The notes beneath the pieces were generated by a model. It searched no databases, was not told the origin of the DNA, and worked only from the letters and a program-made list of their open reading frames with translations. This document shows, piece after piece, positions 49,808-62,696 of a DNA stretch of 64,000 nucleotides. The stretch is from Felis catus (taxonomy: Eukaryota). The translations under genes and the position numbers were made by a program. Within the stretch, counting starts at the first letter, position 1. Each line of letters starts with the position of its first letter. The stretch is taken from the NCBI RefSeq assembly GCF_018350175.1, contig NC_058368.1, positions 181,910,001-181,974,000 on the forward strand. Direction: 5' to 3'.

Positions 49808-50074
49808 GGAGGATTGACAGTTTCTTTTTTTCTGTGAAGGATCAGATAGTAAATATTTTAAGCTAAGAGGGACATATTATTTCTGTCACAAGTATTCAAC
49901 TCTGCTGTTTTAGCTCTCAAGCAGCCATACTTAAAGGAATATTTAAAGGAATAGACAATACTTAAAGGAATAGACAAGGAATAGCCCATGGCTCTGTTTC
50001 AATAAAACTTTATTTACAAAAACAGGCAGTTGCTGGATTTGGCCTGAAAGGGGCACATATTTTGCTGACCCCAG
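49808..50074. mobile_element. MER58A with internal micro-duplications
   Basis: 'cagatagtaaatatttta...tcaactctgc...aataaaactttatttacaaaaacaggc...tttgctgacccc'. Confidence 0.88.
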
Positions 50075-50084
50075 GGTTGTACCT

Positions 50085-50280
50085 TAGTGGCTGAAAGAAT
50101 AGCTTCTGGAATTTGTCCCTTCTAGCCTCTTTTCACCCCTCAATAACTTTGTGAACTTAGTTAACTCACTTTAGGTTTCCCATTTGTAAAATAGCAGTTA
50201 AAAATCATTTCCTATCTCATAAGGTTGTTGTGAGGATAAAAATGAAGTAATTTATGTAAAGCACTTGCTATAATAGGGTA
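50085..50280 (+). mobile_element. MIR
   Basis: 'tttcccatttgtaaaat...cctatctcataaggttgttgtgaggataaaaatga...tgtaaagcactt'. Confidence 0.8.
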
Positions 50281-52159
50281 TGTATTCTTCATAGGAGGAA
50301 TAAATTGGTGTTTATAGATGTATAGTGTATATATGCAAAATATTTGGTATTCAATATTAGTTTTAAAATTTTGATAGCATAATTTTACACACTGAAGTTT
50401 AAGAAGCATTGGTTAAGTTGCTGAAACAAAAATATCTATACTGATAAATTATTTTTCCAAAATAGGAAAGAACACAATGGCCTAATGAATCTGATCTTAT
50501 AGATAAGTAATACACTATATAAACAAAATGAATAAATTATGTCTACTTAGATAATATATATTTTTTATATACAGAAAATATATACATATGTAAAAAAACA
50601 TTGTTCAATGACTAATATGCATAGTCATTGTCTTAGGCAATAGCTAACCTTTGCTTCCTTGCTTTTTTTTTTTCTTAATATGATGAGTGATACAAATAGA
50701 CAATTAAAACTCACTGTAATGAACTATTCTCATAGGGTACACATGTTATATTTTTTCATAATATTTTATTAGAAATCCTATATAATTGTTCTCGGCAAAT
50801 CATTGAGTATTTCTTAAAAGATTTTCATGAATATGTTTCATCACTAAAAACGCAAGCCTTTTAAGGACAGGGTCTGTGTTAACATATATAGCATTTCTTA
50901 GGATACTTCTTGTGTTACTATGCACACCCCATTTGTCAAATAAACATTTTGAATAAATTGATCTTGCTATTAAGTGGGTAAGGCAGTAACAATTAATTCA
51001 TCAAGCTTTACATGAGATCATATTATCAATAGTGTAGGCACTGTTATAAGGATAAGTAAGCACTTTTCCAAAATGTCATGATAACTAACTACATAATATT
51101 AAAAAAGATGACCTTATAAATAATGGCAAACGGCCCATACAATGCCATTGAGTTTCTAAAAAAATGCTTTCATGAACTGAAGAGTAGAGATTGGAGTAGA
51201 GTGATAGGAGCCTTAGGGTCAGGAGGTCTCATTTTGAAGACCAACTATGGAAAAATGATTCAGCTAAGTTTTGGCAAGTCAGTTGTCCCTATACCTTGGG
51301 TTTCCCATGTGTACAATAAGTAAGCTTTATGAATCCCCAAAACAATGGGATGTATCAGACATCAGACTCCTCAGCTTCCTCCCTGAGATTCTGTTATGCT
51401 AGCCTGGGGGTTGGGTACCGGAAGGAGGCAGAAGGCATAATGTGGTGCCCACAGTTTCAAAGTAACTCTGGTAAGTATGCCTTAGGAACACGGGATCAGA
51501 AAGGTGAGAAACAAAAAGCAGATCATCCCTCATATCCTTTCAGTGTGAAGTGGAGGAAATTCTAGTGTCTTTCCTTACCCACTTCCTCTGGACTTTTTTC
51601 TCTGCACCTTGCTCTTTCAGCCCTGGGTCTGGAATCCCTTTGTGTATCCACTGCTATTCCAGCAGTTTCAATCCAGCCTTTAGCTGCCTTAGGCAGCTTC
51701 TATGACCTAAACATTTGTGATCCTTTATCTACTTAACAAACTCCCCCTCTTCTTTATCCTATTCTTTCATGTTTACTTATGAAGCTATTCCAACCCAGAG
51801 TGTAATATTAAGGTTTAGCATAAAGTGTTAACCAACTCAGATATTCTACTTGTATTGTCATAGTAGCTTTCACACTATAAAAATGCATAACAGATAAATG
51901 GGGCAATTTATTTATACCTACTCTTGGGGAAGAAAGTTGGCAAGATTTGTTAAGGAAGTAAGATCATTTATCTATTCAAAATTTACACTTGGAAATTCCT
52001 CTAGAAGAAATATTTTCGTCTAGAATGTTGGGCCTCTCATCCAAAGTGGATGCTGTTCGTAGACCTGTGAAAGTATCATCAGACCTTGCCACTCAAGAAT
52101 TTGTACTGGTAACAGGCACCAGTGACAGTGTTGGAACTGCAAACTGCACTCTCACCCAG

Positions 52160-52243
52160 TATACCACTCCTACTAAACCAGAATCTGCATTGTAACAAGA
52201 GTGTTTGGTGATGATTCTTCGGAACGTTGAAATTTGAGAACAG
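52160..52243. mobile_element. MER5A fragment
   Basis: 'cctactaaaccagaatctgcattgtaacaag...aaatttgagaa'. Confidence 0.65.
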
Positions 52244-52778
52244 GTGATACATCAGATAGGAGAAAGCATTAGTATTAGTGTATTTCCAAAGAAGATGATG
52301 AGGTAGATAATGACTAATCACAATGAGTTCAATTTAATGGATGGATACATTATCACTTCAGTCAACTGTAGATCTCTTGGCCTTTGGGAGAATTCTTTAC
52401 CATCCATACACCATTAGACGATGGAATATACGAAGAATACATACAGTTTTTACCTGTACCTCACTGTTTATACACTAAATATAATTCTGCTCCTTGACAT
52501 GGTCTATTTACTTTCATGTTTATGTTTCCTAGATATATATTAAGCCACTTTGGGGTGATGAAACTTGATGTTATCCATTTTCCTTTCTTCCCATTCCCAA
52601 ACTACCCCCCCCAAAGCCCCTGACACTTAGTACTAATACAGTGTAGTCCTCATACTTTGTGCTAAAGAAATGTTTGTTAAACTGTTAATAAGGAATCATG
52701 AAAGGTCTATTATAAAAGATGCTTCTTTTAACTCACATGAAACAGCAAGAAAAAGACATACATTCCACTGATACAGAG

Positions 52779-52980
52779 GAGGATGTGGCAAACTAAACCC
52801 TCCACCTGCTTCTGTAGATCAAGTTTTATTGGCACATAGTGATATTCATTTGTTTACATATTGTCTATAGTTGTTTTTGCGCTACCGTGGTGCGCTTGAG
52901 TACTTGTGACAGAGAGCAGATGGCCCCAGTGAGTAAAATGTGTACTATCTGATCATTTACAGAAAGTTTGCCAACCCCTG
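52779..52980. mobile_element. MER58A
   Basis: 'aagttttattggcacatag...catttgtttacatattgtctat...tttacagaaagtttgccaacccctg'. Confidence 0.88.
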
Positions 52981-54999
52981 TGATAAAATTTGGGCTTGGG
53001 TCCCTAAAGTCATCCTATACTCATTTCTGTATGGTATCACCGCTAACCTCCCTGGGCTAGTTAGCTCAGCAAGAATGGCCTAAATTCAACAAGACCAGGA
53101 TTGACTTGAGGAATGAAAAGGCCTTTCAGGAGAAGCAAAAGTAACCAGCAGTGAGTCTCCTTCCTGGTTTTTCAAGCCAGATTCCTTTTCATAGAACATG
53201 TAATACAATTTTGACTAGGACCAAAGTTTAACTTGCACTTTGATGATCAAAATGCATTCTCCTCCCCCTTCTCATTTAAACTGTATGTAATTGAGTAAAT
53301 TTTGGGAAAGCATTCATGCATGTTGCTCTGTGAACCTTAAAATCCCCTGATCTCCTCACTCCTCTGTCTTTCCATGTGTGCCACATATCTTCTGAATCTC
53401 CAGAGGAAGGGAAGTATTCTCTGTGGGGCCTCTCGCTCAAGCTCTGCTTAAATTAGACTTCCGTATTCTCAACAGTCATTTAAAGTACCTTGTACCATCT
53501 CACAAGGCAAAACCTCCTAATGTTTTACTGAAATACGAGAACTTTGTTCCCTAACACATAATGAAAACGTATTTCACATTTTCTTACCTTTGTACATATT
53601 ATTCCATATATCACCCCATTTATCACTAAAGGTTTGATCAGAAAAATGTATATCCAATACCTAATTTTTACTAAAATGTTAGTAATGTTTCACCTTATAT
53701 TTTTGTAGTTAGGTTACCATCATCATCATTATCATTACTATTATTGATTTACTTAGAATACTATAGCCTTCCCAATATATACTTCCCCAGATAAAAGTTT
53801 TCATTAAAGGAGAAATTTACTATTTTTCAATTGAATGGAGATGGTAGGACAAGTTGGTGCCAAGCTCACTCCTTTCTCCTCTGGGAGCTTGAATGAGGAT
53901 CATGGTTGCTGGTTCGACAGCATATCTTCAACCCTAGGGGGACACATAACTAGTATAATCAGGCCAGAGCCAGCTCTTGGCCCTTTCTGCTTCTCCCTGT
54001 TTGTATTTGAAATGTCCTGGGAAGAGACATCCTCAAAGTAAACTTTTAGTCTGTTGCATATCATTTACTTTTCTGTGTCAAGGGCTTGTAAAGAGAGCAG
54101 AAGCATTACATGGATATAGATTCCAATCAATATGGCTGGTGTTGGTTATGTAATTCTTTGTGAGTCACTTTAACTATTTTAGCTATTGTAGACAGATCAA
54201 ATATAAAGATGGCAGTGAATCTGAACCCAGGTGTTTCCTGTTGCCTGCAGATCTGAGATAATTTTCTTATTCACCATGGTTAGAGTTAGATGTGAGTTTT
54301 AGACCTACTTCTTACACACTCAAACAGGTTACAATGAAAACAAGTGTCAGGGAAATTTAGTCCCAAATACAAGCATTTATTAGCATGCAGGAACAGGACA
54401 ATCAGATATCCAAATGCCAGGCCTCCACCCCTTTTTATGCTCTGAGACTACCTTACATAAAATGTATCACTAAGGCAGGTGCTTTCTGTAGGATTTGGCA
54501 AACCATGGAGTTAGAAGACCTAATTAATCAGTAGCCTAGTAATCTGGGAATGGAGTCTACTGTTTTCTCTCACTTCTTTCCTGCAAAAGCAGAGCCAACC
54601 TCTACAATATTCCATCACTGCACATGTCTTGAACATCACAGATTTCCCAATCACATCTTTTTACCAACATTTCTTTTGTTACTTAACAAAACCCCACTGT
54701 TGTCCATAAACAATAGCTATCTTTATAGCTGTTCCTGCAATAGCTGCCTCCGCCTTTTGTGTGGTATATGTACACCTGACTAGGACAACTAACCATCCCG
54801 AGGTCCTATATATTAAAAGGAACACAAACATAAATATCACACTATTAGTTATAGACTAGATAATATTTCCAGCATTCTTACCTCCACTGATTTGATATCC
54901 ATGTGTTTGTTCAGTCAAAGAAACATCCATTAGGCTTACTCACACATGGGGGTTACAAAATGAATGACAGAGACTTGTCCTTCAAGTGTCCCACAGTAA

Positions 55000-55155
55000 G
55001 ACTTCACTACTCTAACTGGGGTCCACAGACCAGCAGCATCAACACATCTGAGACCTTGAAATGCAGAACTTTGGGGCCCAGCTCAGATCTCAGTTACATC
55101 TTAACTAGTTGCCAGGTGCCTCTATGCATGTGAATGTTTCCAATGCATGGTCTAG
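55000..55155. mobile_element. MER5A-like MITE
   Basis: 'ggtccacagaccagcagcatcaac...gaaatgcagaac'. Confidence 0.75.
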
Positions 55156-55160
55156 TGTAA

Positions 55161-55326
55161 TAGAGGTCCTCAAATATTGGAGTGCATCTAAATTACCTGG
55201 GGGGTACTCATTTAAAATTGCATATTTCAAGAACCTTCTCTTTAGGGCAGGATAGGGCCCAGGAGCCTGCAACTTAACAAGTAGGCAATTGTTCTGCATG
55301 TGGTCCTAAGAAATCTTTGAGAAATC
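55161..55326. mobile_element. Second, adjacent MER5-like MITE
   Basis: 'gtgcatctaaattacctgggg...gggcccaggagcctgca...ctttgagaaa'. Confidence 0.7.
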
Positions 55327-56294
55327 TCAAAGAAACACTTTGAGATATCTTTGAGATGGTTGGAGGGTAACAAGAGCAATTTTGGGGGAAGGGGTGGTAA
55401 GGGAGACTATATAAGTCAATATTGAAATGAGAGTATCTTGAGTTTGAAACTACTGTGCTTTGGGCTGCTGGCATTGAATACTTTCTTTTTTGGGTCTGAA
55501 TGGAACAGATAGCTCGTGTAATTGCTGCTGCAGCTCAGAAGGGTCACAGACTTAAATATCTAGTGCTGCACGAGGTCTTTTTCATAGCTAATGCGTATCA
55601 AATAATTTAGGCCATTTCCGTCTCTGATGAAATGGATTTTTGACAGAAACAGGGAGGTCTAAACATTAGTCATTACAGAGTGCTAATCACAGAGTATTAA
55701 GATACTTGTTTATTATTATTAAGTATCTCATTCACTTAGCATTTTTCTAAAGTAAACTGCTTTCATTTGTGTGAAGGGAGGGCGACAGACTGGGTCTGCC
55801 CTAACAAGGCCTGTGAGCCCATCCGCTAAAGCCTAACATGAATTATACCACTATTTTTTTTTAACAGATAAACCAAAGAGGAAAAGTTAATGATATACCC
55901 AAGAGCACCTTTATATAACCAGGGCTGAGCTACTGTCTTCTGATTCTATCTCTAGTCCTAGGTTTTGGAGCCAAGCTAACAAGGGAAAGGTTTTCAGGTA
56001 ACCTCGATTGCTGCTTTTATAAGCTCTTGTTACAGCTGTAGTGATATAAAAGGAAGTGCTGGGTGGGAGGAACACATTATCACCCATAAAAATGAGCAAA
56101 AAAGGAATCATTTTATGCTTGCATGCTGGATCAGAAGTGAAAAGCCCCAACAGAAGTGCAGTTCTAGAAATTTGCTAATTTGGGGGCCATTACATAGAGA
56201 GGGAGTTCTCACTAGAAGACAAGATGTGATTTGAGGTGGTTGCCTAGGTGACCCTGCATCTTAAGTAGTGCTGAAAAGGATCTTGGGCCCTTGC

Positions 56295-56740
56295 CTCAAC
56301 GATTCTTTTTCAAAGAATTTATCCTGTAAAATTACACAGTCAAGAGCATAAAAATGTGTCTAGAAGGGTGTTTACTACTGTTTTATTTTCACTGGTGAAT
56401 AATTGGAAGCTACACAAATATAGACTGGTAAAAGTTAGGGTAAGTAGGTTATGAAATAGCCATGCAATGGAATACTATACAGCCATTAAAAATAAAAAGA
56501 AATCTAGCTTATTGACAGGAAAGTACATCCAATTACTATGCGAAAGAAAAAACAGTATATATGAGTCATGTAAAAATGTCAATATGTGAAGAGCAAATAA
56601 AATCTCAAAGAACATACAATAAAATATTGGTAAGAGTTATTTTTGAGTAAGCCATAACTATGGGTATGGTAATTTTTACATTTGAATTTATATTTTTATG
56701 TTAACTTATTTAATAATCATGTATTATTTTTAACAAGAGA
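56295..56740 (+). mobile_element. Old L1 (L1ME-like) 3' fragment
   Basis: 'catgcaatggaatactatacagccattaaaaat'. Confidence 0.75.
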
Positions 56741-57459
56741 AAAATCATTTTTGTAAAAGTTCCTGAGAGATTATCAGTCCTATAGTATTTATTCCAATCT
56801 TGCATTTTCTCTTTTTACAGATGATCAATCCAGGGTCTGGAATTGACTGAATTCTATAAGTGAGTTAACTATTCAGAAAGCCACATACATAGCCAAGACC
56901 CACTGGAAACTTCAAAAGAGCAAAAGCCTGCCTGGCTGTTTTCTGCTTTCTGACTCTCTCCTGGCAAGGACTTTCAGAGACTCCAGTGTTATGATAGGAG
57001 CAAAAGGAAGCAGGGAGAGCAGCAGCAACAGATTGGAAAGCTCAGCCAGGGATCTAGAGGGGCTAAACTACACCGTGCACATTCCTTTCAAATTAATAAT
57101 CTGGCAGCTAATTTTTGAACTAACTATAATTTGTATGTGGCACCTTCTGTCAAAGCTGTCAACATGAAGTTGCTTTTATTTCACACTGGCTTGCTAGCTG
57201 GAAGGGCTGGCGTTGTTCCAGGTGTTCACCCTGCTAGCATAGGCTGCCATAAACTTGTGCTCTTTGGCTGAAACCATTGGGTAATTTCATGAGCAAATGC
57301 AGGTGACTATTTATAAATGCCATTTCAATTTAAAGAGACCACAACCCCCCCCCACACCCAACACTCCACCCCTACCCTTATACCCCTCATCCAAAAGATA
57401 TAACCAAAGTTCAAAGTCTCAGAAAAGAATACACTGGGAACATGGGAAAGGGGATGGTT

Positions 57460-57630
57460 CTAGAAGTTAGGCCATCTAGATTTTGTAATTCTGTACTATC
57501 AGCTTGTTACGAGATTTTGAGCAAAGCATTGGACGTGTTGCCTCAGCTTCCTCACCTCTCAAATGTCAGTAAAACTATTTACTTGAGTTGCCTTGTAAAC
57601 ATGACATGAAATATTAGGTTGTCACATAGG
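57460..57630 (+). mobile_element. MIR
   Basis: 'gcctcagcttcctcacctctcaaatg'. Confidence 0.6.
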
Positions 57631-57719
57631 GCTTCCATGTTTGAGTATTGAGATTTTGTGTGAACTAAATTGAAAATTCCAACACTCCATCCCCAATTCC
57701 CTTCCCTCAGACACAACTC

Positions 57720-58110
57720 ATACAAAGAACAGCCCAAGCAATAGCCTTCGTCCTTCCTTGGTAATAGAACCCTGTTATTTTGCCTTATCCTCACGGTGGC
57801 CATATCTTCAAGGGAGGCAGGCCTAACTCCAGAGGATAGTAGTGATTAGTCTGATCTAATTGGCCCCTCCTTGCTAATAATTCCTTTAAATATAAGTACC
57901 ATTTCTTCTAGCCTGATGAGACCTGATGGGAATTCTTGTCAAGGATTCTAGGAAGTTTTCTTTGTCTTTCTGTAACCAGCTGTTGCCAAATGGAAATGCT
58001 GTGTGTTTGCCTGGAATCATTATAAGTATGAGGAAAGAACTGAGAGAAAGCGATGAGAAGCTGTGACAATGGTACCACTGGCCTGGGACATGATATCTTA
58101 AAAGCTTGAC
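57720..58110 (+). mobile_element. Old ERVL LTR (LTR33/LTR16-like)
   Basis: 'tccttccttggtaatagaaccctg', 'gcctgatgagacctgatgggaa...gattctaggaagttttc'. Confidence 0.5.
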
Positions 58111-58169
58111 AAAATTCTTTAATTTTCTTCTAAGACCATGTACTCGACCAAGTCACTAGCCATGGTTTT

Positions 58170-58381
58170 TTATTTATTTTTTTAAGTTTATTCACTTATT
58201 TTGAGAGAGAGAGAGAGAGAGCAGGGGAAGGTCAGGGAGAGAGGGAGAGAGAGAATCCCAAGCAGACTGCACTATTAGCACAGAGACCCAATGTGGGGCT
58301 TGAACTCACAAACCATGAGATCATGGCCTGAGCCAAAACCAAGAATCTGCCGCTTAACCAACCAAGCCACCCAGGCACCCC
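58170..58381 (-). mobile_element. CanSINE
   Basis: Perfect 19-bp TSD agtcactagccatggtttt (58151-58169 / 58382-58400). Confidence 0.95.
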
Positions 58382-58527
58382 AGTCACTAGCCATGGTTTT
58401 GATGAAAGCCGTTCTTACCGTCTTTTTGCCTTTTTTTCATTACTTATATATAATAAATAAATAAAGTGGAAGAATTCAGTGAAAAATATTTCCTGGATTG
58501 AGAACTCATAGGAAGTTCATATTTTTA

Positions 58528-58703
58528 GGGGTGCCTGGGTGGCTCCATTGGTTAAGTATCCAACTTTTGATTTCAGTTCAGGTCATGATCTCGTGGCTCA
58601 TGACATGGAGATCCACATCAGGCTCTGCACTGATAGTGAGGAACCTGCTTGGAATTCTCTCTCCCTATTTGTCTTTCTCTTTCTCTCTCCCTGAAAATAC
58701 ATA
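58528..58703 (+). mobile_element. CanSINE
   Basis: ggggtgcctgggtggctc head; flanking repeat ttcatatttt. Confidence 0.9.
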
Positions 58704-59384
58704 ATTTTTTTTTAATTTCATATTTTAGCACCAAGAATGATAGGTGAAACTAGAAATCCAATCAGTGAATACTTTGCCCTATTCCAAGAACCTAAAGGGT
58801 AGTTCTATTTCTCAAAATACATTCCATTGTACACATATCTTATGAGATGTTAGCAAGTTTCAAACAGATTAAAATAGGCACATTTAGAAAAGGTAGGTTA
58901 AAAAAATTTAAACAGGTCCTTTTTTTTTTCATTTTTCTGTTACTGTTGATTTTATTGATTATGCATCAATTGTTAGAACATTGAAAATGGCAATGTAATC
59001 TCCACTTAGGGGGAGTGAAATATTTAATGTTTTCTAATTACTCTGATTATATGATTATACATAGTGGGCAATTCTCAGTAGAATATAAATAAATAAATAA
59101 ATCCACAAATCAGTAAAAAAAAAAAAAGTACAAAAACCCCCCAAAAAACAAAAAAACAAAACTTTGCAAATTTGGGAATCACTATTTCCTTGAAGTAGGG
59201 ATAACATAATTTATCCTGTTCAGACATATTTTTGAGCAAACATGACTAGTAGACTTCTGCATTATTCTGTCTGTGGTTTCTCCAGAATGTTTTTGCCTTC
59301 AGTCTCAAAAAGACTAATTTCCTTGTGAACATCAAGACAGGTCAAAAACCATATCCACCATCATCAGCACAATCTTTAAAATCA

Positions 59385-59492
59385 ATCATATTCATTCAAC
59401 AAGTATTTATTGAGTACCTACTGCATGCACAACATTACTGTAGGTATATGAAATAGAACAACATTCCTATTCTCCTTAGGCTTACAGTCTAC
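59385..59492 (-). mobile_element. L2 3' end
   Basis: 'ttcattcaacaagtatttattgagtacctact'. Confidence 0.8.
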
Positions 59493-59536
59493 TTAGAGCA
59501 GTTAGACTGTAATATTTCCCAGCAACCTGAATACCA

Positions 59537-60011
59537 TTGGGACATACTTTCTCTATGAGTGTGTAGCATTCCCATATGCTCAGTAATTCTTATATGCACA
59601 CATCTTCTTAGGAATGTTTGTACAAGCAGGTAGCCCTGGGAAGAAAGCGAGAAAGACTGCCTAAGGAACATGTGTATTTAGATTTTCTCAAAGATTTAGA
59701 GACACAAGATGTCTCCCCTTGAAAATATTTGCTTACAATCCCTGATAATAAAAATAATATCTTTCTTTGGAGGGAAAATGGGTAGATTTGCAAGCAACCC
59801 TTCTATAAGAATCTGGTCTCCTAATTAGATCAGAGTCTCTTTCAAGGTACCCTACTACATGTATAGGTTCCATCTGGCTCTCAGGGCATTACCCTGAGGG
59901 ACTGGGTCTCAGGGACCTGGTGCTATAATGGTACCCTGAATACTGCTTTTGTTGTGAATAATAAAGTTTGTCTCTGATCCAAGGGTCTTCTAGTTTCTTA
60001 GACTCTTCACA
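59537..60011 (+). mobile_element. ERV1-class solo LTR (MER34-like)
   Basis: Shares 'aggaatgttt', 'tgtctc', 'gataat' and terminal 'cttcaca' with 11054-11512; has 'ctataa' and 'aataaag'. Confidence 0.55.
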
Positions 60012-60186
60012 CTTCTGACTTAATACACATGAGAAATAAGTTGGTACATTTTGGACTGAGTGGACAGAAAAGATATGGCCAAGTTGAAAAGCATCATGGT
60101 TTCAGTTTTTTTAAGCTTATGTATGACAGAGACTCTGTAAGGTTCTTTCTTTAACCATCATGTGGTGATAATGTAGTGATGTAATG

Positions 60187-60318
60187 TCACTAGACTAACA
60201 GCTTCATGAGGGTGGGGATTTTTATCTGTTTCATATTCACTGCTGTATCCCCAATGCTTAGAGCTGTTCCTGGTACATAATAAGTACTCAATACATTTTC
60301 AATGAGCCAATGAATGAT
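60187..60318 (+). mobile_element. L2 3' end
   Basis: 'ttcactgctgtatccccaatgcttagagctgttcctggtacataataagtactcaata'. Confidence 0.85.
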
Positions 60319-60452
60319 GGGTACAGGTACTCTTTCTCTGCCCTGCCTCAATTCACAGACCACCACCTGGAAACCAAGAAAAGAAATATATATATTCCTG
60401 ATGGGTGATGGTGACAAATTTGAGAAGAAAAACTGCCTTACTGCCTATGGGT

Positions 60453-60525
60453 GAAAAAAGAAAAGAAAAGAGAAAAGAGAAAAGAAGAAAAGAAAAAAAG
60501 AAAAGAAAAGAAAAGAAAAGAAAAG

Positions 60526-60556
<31 letters not shown>

Positions 60557-60566
60557 GAAAGAAAAG
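60453..60566. repeat. (GAAAA)n polypurine tract
   Basis: About 114 bp of uninterrupted purines. Confidence 0.95.
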
Positions 60567-61321
60567 TGAGATTCTTAATACCTGGGTTACGAGTCTGTAT
60601 TAAAAATAATTTTCTTTAGATATTTGGTTTCATTTAGAGCCATCATACAAAATACAGTAAATGAATTAAGCTAAAAAAATAAGTTCCAAATCACGTAAGT
60701 GTATATATACCTACAGGCATTCCAACTGGATTTTTTAAAACTCAAAAACTAATGCCATTATTTATTACCGGAAATAGCGAGCTGTGAAGAGACCGTGGAA
60801 TTCATGTGCACTATTAATGAGTCATTTTTTCTTGCTAAAAACTAATATATCAGAGAAGTAGCCAAGAATAAAAGAAAAACATTAGAAATATTGAGATTAA
60901 TAAATATTATGGTCATGTAGAAGCAGGGAAACAGATACATTGATAAGTAAAAATCTGCATCAAGTGTCACTTTGTGCTCAGATTCTAAAAATTATCCTAA
61001 ATTATATTAATATATTTATGTATTGCATTTTTGCTTGAACATTTTAAACATGTGCTGGCTACTAGCAGGATTTATGAAACATGAGATTTAAAAGGAATGG
61101 TAACTTTTTACCAGACCCAAAGGTGCTAATACTATGGTTGTTTTTTAAGGTTTATGATCATGATGAAACACGTAAAAAAATGTATTAATTTTCCAGGAAT
61201 AAAACAATTCCATTCATTTCATTTTCCATATTTCTGTAAGAGTCTACCTTTTGGGATTTTTAAGGGCAGGAATGAGATTCATGAATTCTTTTAAGCAGTT
61301 CGGGTGACAACAAAAACAAAG

Positions 61322-61560
61322 TAACATTTAACATTTACTGAGCACCTACCCTATCCCAAGAGATATGCTAAGAGCTTGATTAATTCTCACACAACCCTAT
61401 AGGATAATAACTGGGACATATGCCCATTTTCCAAAAGAAAGATCTGAGGTTTAAAGAGATCAAATAGCTTGCACATACTGATGAAACTTGTATCAGAAAA
61501 ACTAGGATCGAAATCTAAGCAATCAAACCCCAGTATCTGTAGCTGTAATCACTACACCAC
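61322..61560 (-). mobile_element. MIR
   Basis: 'acatttactgagcacctac...acaaccctatagg...cccattttcc...ctgaggtttaaagag'. Confidence 0.75.
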
Positions 61561-62453
61561 TCAGTTTCAGGAAAAGCTTGTCAAGCAATGAGTGAGCATG
61601 TTGGAGGATGTCTGCTGAGTGACCTGGGCCCACTGGAATCATAGGCAGTCCATCCTGAACCAGACTCCAGCATGGTTGAAATCAGCATTGGTGGCATAAA
61701 AGTTGAAGATGATTAATGTCAAAGAAGATCTAAGATCTCCTTTATGAATCAATCTGCACTCAAAATCTTGTATGATCTGCTGTGTGTCTTCCTTTTTGTC
61801 CTATATTCAGGTCTTTTGATTCCTGTTCAGAAGACCCACAACTGAGTGATATTTAGGGAAACAAAAATTGAGCTTCGTTTCACATCATTTTTTGGAGGTC
61901 TGATTGGTTTTCTCTTTCAATAACAGCAGTGAAAACTGGGAGTCAGTTATGCACGGGCACTAAAAACATAGTGAGATGTCTGGATACTTTTCAATGCCAT
62001 ACTTAGCATTCACATATTTAGAAATATTATGACATTAAGACTTCACCTATTTAACTCCAATCTGGCTTCCTACCTTTCTTTGTCTTTGAATCCCAAATGA
62101 ACACTTGAATCATATCAGAAAAGGGTTTCTCCTTACCTAGACGTCTCTGATGCTTGATTCAGTGCCTTTACTCAAAATTCATCCCCTCCAAGGTCTTCTC
62201 CTCCTCCTCCTCACTACTAATCCCAAACTAAATAACTTTTAGCCTGAGCTCACATCTGAATTCCTCTAAAATGAACTCCTCTGATTATCCACATCCAGAG
62301 AGACCCTACTTTTCCTCTCAAGCCTGCAATACATATTGACAGACCACATATGGATGGTGTATATTATATGAAACGTGACTGTTAAAATCTCCCCAACTGC
62401 AAGGAAAATAGAGAAGTATGGCCATTAAGGAACTTAAATAAAGTTTATCCTAA

Positions 62454-62652
62454 GGGGCGCCTGGGTGCTCAGTCGGTTAAGCGTCCAGCTTCAGCTCATG
62501 ATCTCACAGTTCGTGAGTTCAAGTGCCACGTTGGGCTCTGTGCTGACAGCTCAGAGCCTGGAGCCTGCTTCAGATTCCATGTCTCCATCTTTCTCTGTCC
62601 CTCCCCTACTCTCACTTTGTGTCTCTCTCTCAAAAATAAACATAAAAAAAAA
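62454..62652 (+). mobile_element. CanSINE (SINEC_Fc2-like)
   Basis: ggggcgcctgggtgctcagtcggttaagcgtcc head and A tail. Confidence 0.95.
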
Positions 62653-62696
62653 TTAAGTTTATACTGAACTACATTTTGAGCAATGAAAAACCTTCC

